Assembly (NCBI GenBank): GCA_903860135.1
Contig: CAIOPG010000004.1
Location: 185,687-249,686 of the forward strand
Length of the DNA stretch: 64,000 bases
DNA from: Candidatus Omnitrophota bacterium
GTDB lineage: Bacteria > Omnitrophota > Gorgyraeia > Zapsychrales > Fredricksoniimonadaceae
Reading direction: 5' to 3'
Shown: positions 40,601-52,600 of the stretch, in pieces
Layout of the letters: every line of letters begins with the position of its first letter
Numbering within the stretch: position 1 is the first letter of the stretch
The notes under the pieces: generated by a model
What the model saw: only the letters and a program-made list of their open reading frames with translations
Databases searched by the model: none
Told to the model about the DNA's origin: nothing
Program-made: the position numbers and the translations under genes

Positions 40601-43600
40601 TAAACAACGCCGGCTTTCGTGCGCGGCACAGGCAACGTCACCCGCGTCGCATCCGCCGGAGCCCCCTGCTTGCCCTGCCCCACCATCTCAGGCGTGACCA
40701 CAGCCACCGGTGCCGCCACCGGAACGGCCGTCACTGCCGGGATAGCCATATCAACCTTAACCGCAGCCTGCACGCGCTCAGCCGCCTCGGCGGAACCTCC
40801 CGCCAACAGCATCCCCAGGATCATCGCCGCAGTGGTATTCTTCTTGCGATTATTTCTGTTTGTGATCTTTTCAATACCGAAATGCGCAATAACAATGCAA
40901 CAGACCGTCCACATCATATTCTCGAAAGAAGCAATAAAGAAACACATGAACGTTGTTGTTGCTACTGTCTTTATCCAAAGAGCACCTCGGCCTTCACCCT
41001 TACCTTTAATTCCCAACATATATGCAATTAATATAACAATAGCAAAATCCAAAGCAAGATCCAAAGCAAGATCCAATATTTCCAACTCATATTCCAAACG
41101 TGCAACGGCTTCATCCGTTTCCTCTTGACGGCTTCTATCGTCTACATCCCATGATGACGCCATGGCAGTCGGTTGGACAGCACGCGCCTCAGCTTGAACC
41201 GGAGCCGCTGTCGATAGCATGCCAAGGACCAAAAGTATGGAAGATTTCGCCGCAAACTTCTTCAATCCCAACGCACCGACCAACAGGCTCAGTCCGGCAA
41301 TCAAGCCACCCACCAACAGCCCCTCCTGGTTAACCATCGGGCTGACCCCAAAAGACCGCGCCTGAATCGCAGTCGCAGTCGCAGTCGCCGGAGTTCCAAA
41401 TTTGCCCTGGCCAGGGTTATCATAAACAACGCCGGCTTTCGTGCGCGGCATAGGCAGCATCACCCGCGTCTTATCCGCCGGAGCTCCCTGCTTGCCCTGA
41501 CCAGGTGCGTCATAAACAAAAGGAGCGTGTACCTTCGGCAGGGGCACAACAACCCGCGTCGCATCGGCCGGCGCGTAGGCAACTGGCGCTGGTGTTTGCT
41601 GCAATACGGCGCGTGGCATTGTTGCCGGCATCGCGCCTTCTTGAATAACCCGAACCTGATACCCTATACCTGTCATGACCGACAAGCCCGCGATGGCCAA
41701 CCACAACTTGACCTGCCGGATTGCTTTCGCCATCGCTGTCGGTGATTCAGCAACAACGACAGGCACCGCCATTTTCTTCTTGTTTCTATCCCGTCTCTGT
41801 TCCGACTGTGCTTTACGCAGCAAGAAAGATGGAACAGCTACTCGACCATTCCTGTTTACATAAAATGTTTGCCGGCTCTGATTCTTACGCCCGATCACAC
41901 TGCCCATCACAACCAGCAACCCGCTGATCATGTCCAGCGCACGGTTATGCCCCTGCGCGACCGGTATAACCATATCAACCTTAACCGCAGCCTGCACGCG
42001 CTCAGCCGCCTCGGCGGAACCTCCCGCCAACAGCATCGCCAGGATCATCGCCGCAGTGGTATTCTTCTTGCGATTATTTCTGTTTGTTATCTTTTCAATA
42101 CCGAAATGCGCAATAACAATGCAACAGACCGTGCACATCATATTCTCGAAAGAAGCAATAAAGAAACACATGAACGTTGTTGTTGCTACTGTCTTTATCC
42201 AAAGAGCACCTCTGCCTTCACCCTTACCTTTAATTCCCAACATATATGCAATTAATATAACAATAGCAAAATACAATATTTCCGACTCATATTCTAAGAT
42301 AAAACTTATCTTCTGACGAAACTCATAACGCGCGACTTCCTCATTCGTCTCTTCTTGAAATTTCCTATCGCCCTCATCCTCCCTATACCTCAACGCATCC
42401 GCCGGTGCGCCATTGATACCCTGGCCAGGATTTTCGCCGATAACGACGGGCGACGCTACCGCAGGCAGTTGAACGGCACGCGCCTCGGCCTGAACCGGCG
42501 CCGCTGTCAACAACATCCCCAGTCCCAGCAGGATGAAGAATCTCGCCGCGAACTTCTTCACCGCCCTACCGGCGGCAATCAAGACCAACAGCACGGCCAC
42601 ACCACCCACGATTTCCAACCCCCTGTGATCCTCAACAACAGGATTTTGCGACGAAACCCACCTTTCCTGGTGCCTTCTTTCCTGGCCAACCATATCAACA
42701 CGCGTCTTGTCCGCCGGAGCTGATACCTGCAAGGCATCCATTACCGCTGGCTGTGCCGCAAACCACAATTCAACGGCTGAATCCATAAGCCGCTCGTCCT
42801 TTGGAGTTGATACAACGATCTTGTTCACATCAGAAGATATTACCGCAGGCTTTGCCGTGACAGAGCCGGGAAATAACAGGGAAGCAACAACAATAACGGG
42901 GAGGACAACAGAAGTAACCTTGCGGAAGAAATTTGAAACCCGTAAAACCCCGACGGGCGGGCTGGCGTCGGCCATGCGGCTGGCCTTCACATCCGGGCCG
43001 GCGTGCCATAACCAGGCGATGACAGCACCAACAGCAACCAGCACCAGCACCCCACCCACAAACGCCAGCACCGGCGGGCTCATCAGCGCGGAGAGGCTCC
43101 AGGTCGACGGTATCATCATTAGAAATAGCGGCAAGGCAAGGCCGGGCATGGCGGTAGAAGAAGGCGGCGCCGTCTTCGGATGAGATTCCCGTGAACGCAC
43201 ATACTTCACAACCGTCCCAACAGCCTGGCGTGCAATGTTAAGGGTCTTTGAAAAAATACTGTTATTCTTGCCATGCTGGCTGCCCTTATCCTTGTTATTC
43301 GATTGATCACCCTTATTGTTCTTGTCATTCTTATTCCCACGACGTAAAATCTTTCTCTCCTTGAAAACGCCCTTTATCTGCGCCGCCAGCACCGTTCTGG
43401 TCATGCCGATCATCTCGCGCACCGAGCGGAAACCGAAATAGCCCGTACCGGCGATCCCTAACACAAATATCCAATTCAACCAGATCGGCATCGCCAACGC
43501 CGTCCCTGACAAGAAAATACCAAACACAAGGAATGTTATGACCAGACCAGCAAATGTTCTGATGGCCCAACGATCACCGAACATTTCAGCCAGGCGCCAC

Positions 43601-46600
43601 CCGGATAACTGATACCGGCCATAACCATATTTCACAAAACGATCGAACTTATTCAGCGCAACAATGGTCTTTGGATCTATCGTCTTACCCGTTTCAACAG
43701 CGCTGACCTCTAAGAAATATCGCACCAACGACCCCAAAGCCGCGCCCCATGAAATCTTCACATCCACAAACGTGCCAAAAACACTTGTTCCCGTCAATAA
43801 CGCAATACCTAATAAAATATATGGCACAATTGACACAGCACCAATGGCCGTTGAAAAAAGAAATGGTACAACCCCAGCTAAGATAATAACCGTCCCCATA
43901 ATGCCGACCATGGGAATGCCGACTAGATGCACACGCGTCATCGTGTGCAGAACACCGGCCATCGCAAACAGGATCCCCGCCGCAGCAAGGGCAAACCAGG
44001 GCATCCAGGTATGTCCAACAGCAAGAATACTTGCCGGCAAGAAAAACCCGACAAATCCGGCCACCAAAAGAACCGTGGCCAGTGCTGTAAGCGATTTCTT
44101 CAATCTCTTTTCTGTATGCGCACCAAACTTCAGCAAGCCTTTACTAAAACGCGTAAAAGTATCAAAAAGCGCAAAAAGCGCTGTGCGCGACGTCGGAATA
44201 AAAGAGAACTTGAAGTGACTCACCATGAGGGCACCTTCCACAAATGACCATAACATGCTGACACAATAAGGAAAAGCACGATAAACATCTTGAACGAAAA
44301 GATAAAAGCCATACCAGAAACTGCCGTACCTGTAAATATGCCGCAGTAAATTAAAAAGATTGACCGCGTTCATCAAAATAATACTGGCTAACAACCAGCC
44401 CCAGATAGGCATTAGATACGCCATACCGCTCCAGGCCATCATCGTCGGGATCGCTAGGGACAATATAAACCCGAACGCAACGACCAGGTAATGGAAGAAG
44501 TTCTCAAGTACGCTCAGCTTGAAATCTGCCCCAATATGTTTGTTGGTGAAAACTTTATACATCATCGATGACAATAACATATACGAAACGTTAAACACAT
44601 ACCGCACCTCAGTCCAAAAAACGGATTCAGCATGCAAGCACGGCCTGAGCCATTCCCAAACCCATGCTAACTGCGTTGTGGCATAAACTTCAGGATTGAT
44701 CTCTTTCTGTATCAGATACGCGCCAGAATCCTCAACCGGCGTCATGAGCAGGTTGGCACCGGCAGCCGGATTGATCATCGCCTTGCCATAAAAGAGTGCC
44801 ATACCCTTAAATCCCATCTGGGCAACCTGGCTGAACACCTGCTGCATAAGTTTGTAAACCCGACGTCCCGGATACGCAAAACCGCTCGATCCCCAGATCA
44901 GGAACGCCGGATTAATGACAACCGCTTCCGGATGACGACCCATGAACTCCGCCGCATTAAGCCGGTAGGGGTTGGATCCCGGCATGACGCGGACCTGCGT
45001 ATCCTGGTAGGCACACACATTGTTATGCAGCCAGATATTCAAGGCAATACCGCCATTCTTTAAAGTCGAGATGATCTCATCACCCTCATAGATCGGAACA
45101 TGGGCATTGGAGGCATGGGCGGATTCGAAGACATGTGCCCATTCGATCATGGCATTATATTCCTTGATCACCCCACCCTCGAGGAACAGGTCATAATGCG
45201 TCGCGCGGAACCCCAGCACAAGTGCTGCAAATTCCATCTTGTCGGCAAATACAAACCGCTCGATCCCGTCCATAAAGAACAAATGCTGATCATAATTTGG
45301 AAATTTCTGCGCTACATACGCCGCAAAAGCCCGATTCACCGCACTGGCACCTGCCTTTTGACCCGCACGGATCTTTTCCGCCACTGGCATAAAGGCCCAC
45401 TTATGCGTAGCATCGGCAAAGCCCTTCTCCTCAGCCAAAGCCCGCGCACGTTCATCATTGAGCAGGCGAATATTGGACCTTGCCGGATCAGCATTCTGCC
45501 ACATCGTTGTCATCATGAGCATTTGCATGATCTTCGACTTTGTTATTTCTTTATAATGAGGAAACTGGGTGTCGGTGATAAATAGCTCCTTGAGGTGGAT
45601 CTGCTCCTGCGTTCCTGTCAAGGCCCCGACCTTACTGGCGGCTACCCAACGCTCATATGCCTCCTGAAGCGAATCGAACTCCTGATCCGCCAGCATCACC
45701 GCGTGCCGGTAATCTGTATCCGCATTACTCATGCCTGCCAGGAGATGAACCGTGATCACGGCCTTGGCAAAAGAAGCCATGACCGCACGGTTGGCCGGAT
45801 CGATCTCGTCCATCATCGGACCCATAAGATTAACCGCAGCCAACACCGCCTCAGGTGACGTTGCATACGCCTTCTTCAATACACCCATGAAATCAAAATG
45901 CTCATCCGCCAGCGCCAGATCATCGGCGAGTGCGGCAAAACCCTGCAGACGTAATTTAGCGAGCATATTGGCATATTCCACCCCATGCGTGCGTGCCAGA
46001 TAACCGAACATGCTCGCCGTGATACTGCCTTGAAGGATTTCGATCTTCGCCAGCTCGGCATCGATCTTTTTAACAAGATCCTCATCAATTTTATTTTCTG
46101 TCAGTATTCTTTTAACACCTGTACGCGTAAAGTCCGAATAAAGCTCGGCAGAACCATTTTTGATCAAGGTCAACACCTTACCCACCATATTCAAGCGTTC
46201 CATGGCACCCATCCCCTTGCGGGCATAATGCATCTTGATCATTTTAGCAAGCGCACGCTCTTGTGGCGCATCGATCACCAGCGACATCGTCCCCTTGCCC
46301 AAAAAAGCTTCCGGCGTATGCGACACTTGCTCAATATAGGTCTGCACATTGGTAACCATCTGCTTGTGTTTGGCATACGTGTCCACTTCAACCCGGCGAT
46401 ACGCCGGTGAATTCATGTTCATATATAAATATTCCCGTGCCTGCTCCCCCTCGAGGCGAGGAAAATCCGTGCCAAGGTAAACCGCACGCCTTAAGAGCTG
46501 TCGTTCACGCGCATTGATGCGGCCCGACCTGTACAACTCGATCCCTAAACCATCTATATGTTCGGCAAAGGTGACCCAGTTAGGCAGGATATAGCCATAA

Positions 46601-49600
46601 ACATTCTCAACCCTCTGATATACCCGATTAACCCGTCCGAAATATTTCCTGTTGTCACGATCCCAATAAGGTCTAAACAGCGAGAAGAACAAATTATGCC
46701 GGGATCGCACCACGGGATTCCATATCTCACTGCGTGTCTGATAATTGGATTTAATAACACGATAAACAACAATGACAGGCTTGAGCATAACAATGGTGAT
46801 AATCGCCCAAAGTGCCGCCGTATTGAACATACCAAAAGTGCCCGCCAGCATCATCGCCGTATACCATTTACCAAACAAGAGCCACGCCAGGATTCCTTCC
46901 ACAAGGCTGTAGGTCGTTGAAACAAATACCCAGAAAGTCTTCTCGCCCTTAACCGGCATATACGAAAAGAGGACCGCTGACGTGGATATGGACCAAAATA
47001 GGCCGAACACCAATAGCCCAACCGACCCGGTCACGCTCAGCAGCCAGAAAGAACCTGCAAGCCCCGTCAGCATCAAGGCCGCCAATACCGCACGCTTCAC
47101 CGGAGAATGGACGCCCAGCGTATCCTGGAACGTGGTCTGATGCTTACGTCCCGTGGCACTGCGCTTGAATTTACCCAGTAGCCCTCCAAACAAGCCGTAA
47201 ATACGCTTGTACAAATGGAACATCCCCTTCTTCTTTTCAACCTCGATCTCTTTGCGGAAAGCGATCGGTGAATCAAGCTCAAGCATATGCCAGTATGCGA
47301 TCAAGAACGGCTTAAAGCAAGGCAGGAGGGTTTCCATATACAAATTCGCAGCCGTGTTCTTGCCCTTGTTCGCTGATACCGCATTGATGCGTTGTTGCAG
47401 TCGTGCAAACACACCGTAATCGGCCGTATCCGTATCCTTCTTCGCCAACACCACCTTGATGCTTTGTTGCAGTCGCGCCAATACGCCGCGATCTTCATCA
47501 TCCCTGCGGGAATTGTCTTTCTCCATATCCTCTTCGGCGTACTTAGCCTTCACGGTCTTTTCATAAAATGCCGCCAAGCCTTCAACTTCCTCTACCGTTA
47601 AACCAAATACGTTGGCATTCTTATTGATCACATCCCATGATAATTCAAACTTCGCCTCATCATTGGCCACCCTGCGGATCGGAGCTTTTCCGTTAACCTT
47701 GATCTTGGTCATGGCATCATAAATAATCGCCCCCCTGGCTCCAGCCGCCGCCTCAAAACCAGCTTGCTTGAATGTTCCCTGCCGGGCTTTCAGCAATTCA
47801 CAACCTTCCAACACCATGGCTTCCCGCTCAGCACTTGTCTCGGCCACCTGCGCCAGCATCGCTTCAAATTCTTCAAAAACATCCATGTTATATGCCTCCA
47901 GGCTTGCTTCACGGCTAATATTTGTCCGTATAAGGCGCTTGGATAAATTCTGGAAGAAATACAATATCTTCTCGTCATAGAAACCATGTGTGAGCGTAAT
48001 GTTGCCCTGCTTTTTAATACCATGTTTATCAGAATCAGCCACCCAATTGTAGATCCCCTGCATTTCATTTGTCACATGCTTCAAGTTGTTCATATAGAAC
48101 AAATACCGCCAGAACCGGACATTCTGCCGGATAAAATCATGGTATTCTTTCATGGCCTGGGGATTAAGATTGGCGTCAGGATAAGCATTTCTCCTCTTGT
48201 CCATGAACCAATGCGTAAGGAACAGGACTTCCTGGAAAATGAAACCATCACCGCCAAAAGATAAATGCTCGGTTTCGTTGCGTGGCGACTGCATATATTT
48301 AAAGAAAAGATACGCCTCAAAAGTAACAGGTTCAGACGCCTTAAAGACCGTTGTCGGATTGCCGATAAAATTCATCTGCGCATAGGTCAACGGCATACGC
48401 GACGGCCGCTGGGCGACCTGGAACTCAAACTCCGCCAGCATCTGCCTGTAATAATCCTCCTTGTGCGTTTCTGTCGCAAACGACAACCCATGATAAACAA
48501 TGAATTCATCTATGCGGTTGCGCAGGACTTTTTCACGAATAAACATCTTTACAACATCGTTGAATGAATACAGCGCCTTATTCAAAGACAACGCCTCGGC
48601 ATGCTGCGCAAGAGCTTCCTCAAATCCAGCGTAATGATGTTCTAACAAGTGCACAGCTTCCCTGGCTTCAGGCGTCCTTAAACGGTAGAAGATGGAATGA
48701 TCCTTCGCCCCCTCATTGCCCGCCCTGACCTCAATGACCTTATACAGTTCCTGGATGCTGATTACTTCAAGGCTCTTTTCCTGCGTGTACTTCCGGGTGA
48801 TATCGCTCTTGTGTTTGACTTCAGTAATACTATAAATCCGCGCCAGTTGATTCTTGAATTTAAGCGTTGTGCTAACAAGATAAATGAGATTGGCATAGAT
48901 AGGCTCAAAAACCGCACGTTCATTACTGGCCATCTGACGCTGACGCTCCGCCTCAGCCGCCTTGAAAAGTTCTCTAAACCCAGGAATCGGGATTCCCGCC
49001 TCATCAAACTGCGTTTTCTTGGCATCCATGATCTGCTTGATCGTATTGTTAGAAACCTTCTTTGTCGCCGCATACGCATCTATCTGCTTTTTAGCGAGCT
49101 TAAGAAGAACAGCGTCAAATGAAAGGCGGTGAGTAAATGGCTCCGTCACAGCACTCCCCGGCATCCTTGCCGCCTCGGCCACAAGAACATCGAGATTATG
49201 CTTGGCCAAGAAAGCCCGCAAGACAGGTTCAAGTGCCCGTTCAAAAGCCGCATCGAGTGCTTCGGCAATCGTGACCTGCAAATTCTTATTACGGCGTTTT
49301 TCAACCTCAACCAAAGCCGCCTTCAACCACGCCCGCTTGCCCGCATCATCAAGTGGCAGAACCCTTTCGAGCAGATCCATGATCCCCACCGCATGGCGAA
49401 CACCCTTGGCGGCACGAACCCGTATCATGGTCAATAGGTCACCTGTTGTCAGCGGATCCTGAAGCAACGACTCCAGATGCCATGCCTTTTCCACCTTGTC
49501 CAGTATCGACGCCAGCCTAACCATCAATGAAACCAGCGGCCGACCCTCAAGCCGGGCCTTGATCGTCGTATTGGCTTTGATAACGCGCCTGACTTTATCA

Positions 49601-52600
49601 AACGCCCCCTTGATCCAAAGCGCCCTGCTCCTAGCCGCTTCCTCACTCCTGACCGCCTGCATATAATCCCTGGCATTCTCATCAAAGCTGATCACCTTTT
49701 TTTCATACATGGCAACAAGTTGCTCTACCTGCTCAGAATCCATTCCGCCCGCTTCCAAGCGCTCGCGCACCGTATAAGCATCAAGGATCTGTTTCTCCAG
49801 ACGCTCTAGGCCTCCGTGTTCCTCAATATTATCCATCGCCTGACGGAGTTTGCTCCTATTCTCCTGGTAAGCTTCATAAGAAAGCACGCCATCCCTGTAG
49901 GCACTCTTCCAGCCAGTCTCAATGGCATTGATCTTGTCCGTCAGGGAATATTGAGACTCAACATCTTCCCTGTTATCATCGGTGATCAAGTCGTACGTTT
50001 CAAGAAAATGCATCACATCCGCTTTCTTGCCAGGAACAATCAGCCCGTTAGCCAGATCAAAGGCGATCTTGGCCTTTGCCAAGGCTACCGCTTCTTCATG
50101 CGATAACCCGCCGCGCCGCTCAAACACCTCCACAATCTCATCGAGAGGCATCTCATGGTTCAGTTTAACCGTCCCGTAATGACGTGCCCAATAATCACGC
50201 AAACGACGTACAGACGGGAACACAGAGGACGTCAATGTCGCCAGCAAAATCGCCGCCAAAATAGGCAGTGTCAAGATCAATAACCAGTGCTGATTCACAA
50301 CATCATTATAAATCGGCATATCCGCTGATGGGTTGCGTGCAACGCTCGATGTGACAGAAGGTTCTTGCTTTTCCGCAGCCTGTTGCAGCGGCGTCCAGAT
50401 TTTCTGCCTGACACTAATATATTTTCCATTGATCGACATGACGCTTTTATCATTAAGCCCCAATGACATTAACGCACGCCCCGTCAAGGAATTCGAGAAA
50501 AGATCCAGATTGCTATTCTTATAAACTTCCCCATAAAAACGCTCACCATTAAGTAAATTAATAGTCTTGTTTATTGGATCCATCGCAAATACAGCAACAA
50601 CCTTGTTGTTCACAGAAAGCCTGGACAAGATCTCCGTATTATCTTGCGTCACCGGCACCTGGCGAACTTCCCTGACGATCGTGCCATCCGCAAGCTCAAA
50701 ATACCGCGTCATAAATGTGCTGTACTGATGAATATCCAACGTCGTCCTTGATCTTTCAGGACTCTTTAAATACTCCAAGGTGTTATCAAGATTCGTTAGC
50801 GTCCCGCCAAGGTGCATGGTGTACGCCGGCTTTCCGTCATATGTAACCTGAACAAAATGCTCTTTAGGATAAAACTCTTCAATCTTCCCGGAATCAAACC
50901 AATAAAGAATCTTGATCTGCGCCTTGGCATTAAACTCATGCTCTTGACGCCATTCATACAGCACAGAATAACTGTAGCAATGCGCAAAGGCCTGTTCGAA
51001 TTCTGTCTTGCGCACCACCCTGTTAGTCTCGGGCTGAACCGCCACCTCACCGGAAGCGACCATAAATGGCAATGCCATCTTCCGGTCAAAATAACCCTTT
51101 TGCACACTTCGGTATTCCATGAAACGATAAGCATTGTTTTCGATCTTGATCACATCCACAGGCAACGGGTCATTATCTGGAATATAACGCACCAAATTAA
51201 GATCAACTTTCTTGGTTGTATCATTCAAAGAACCCAACAAAGTACGCCGTTCAATCCTGATCAAGTTCTTATATCCTAGGAAAGCAAGATCCTTCTGCCT
51301 CTCAGCAAAGCCAATGACCTTATCCAACTGTTGCTGCCTGTAAAATTCCTCAGGCGCGATCCTTCCACCCGTTTTCTCAAAGTAAACATCACCTTGATGT
51401 CCCGTCGTTTCAGCGCGTGTCATGATCCCGTAAGCCTCGCTCGCCATTTGTTTATCAAACTGCGTGTTCACCACAAAAGTCGCATCTTCAACAAGCGGCG
51501 CTGACTGAAGTGCCACAATGTGGTTCTTGGGGTCTTCCTTGAGTTTCCGGACAAGATGCGTACCATTACCGATAATTTTCAAACGAGACTCAACAATATG
51601 AACGTCCCCCGTAATGCCCTGTTGTTGCTTAAGCATGGCAATCGTTTGGTCAAACTGCTCCAGCAATGTAACTTCCCGGCCATTGATATTGCCTTTAATA
51701 TTAAAGACCTGTTGACGCGCCTGTTCCAATGTTAACGTCAGGCTGTCTTGCGCCACCTCGATAAGCCTGGCATCCACAAAACGATTGGGATCATTTCTGT
51801 CCTGCTTGAGCACATACGTATAGGTGATATCCCCGCGGGTGTATTCCATCTTCCACCCCCAGATGCCGCCAAAATCAAGCGGAAAGATCGAACCAGGGAA
51901 ACGATTCGGCTGAAGAAGCGTTCCCCGCGCAAAATGATATTTTCCATCCTTGGGGTTATACGTATAAGCAGCTTTAACGCTCGGATGCGTAAGCACAGCC
52001 TTGCGTATCACCTCAGGTGACAGTGTCAAAACCTGCCTTGTTGGCGTATAGCTGACTTCATGACTAAAGTCAATGCCACGGGCTTGGCTGAAATTATACA
52101 TACGGCTTGTCCTGTCAGGGAACAACACCTCTACCATGCCGCTAACAGGCTTGCCATCACGATAAGTATCTGGATACCAGCTAATGAGCTTTTCCCCAAG
52201 GAAACTCTTATCATAATTGCCTTTGCTTGTCGTCTCTTTATCCGTGAGTGCAATCGCCGTGGCAAATAAATTCGTGGATGCATTGCTGGGATTTAAAATA
52301 TCCGAAACTTTAAGCTCAACATTCTTAAAATGAATTTTACCTCTTTCCACAACATAATTGATCGGCGTACGGCGGCCGGCAATGTAATCATCAAAACCAT
52401 AAACCTTGAGACCCTCGACAATCTTGGATCCCTTGCGGTCATCCATCAAATAGAAAGCCCCCAAGTTACGCGTCGTACCGTCACCAACTAAGCCAAGTTT
52501 GTCACCCTTTTCCACGTGCAGAACATCCACAAGGTCATGCCAATAAGCCTGCACCTGATTCAAAGTTACAAATACCTTATCCTTCCACTGCGCCTTCGCG

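Noticed and set aside
42900-47140. Resemblance of the giant protein soluble/TM region to beta-1,3-glucan synthase (GT48) or GT2 synthases
   Set aside because: I could not find the diagnostic motifs (QxxRW, D,D,D or FKS signature blocks) by eye. Kept only as an architectural analogy.
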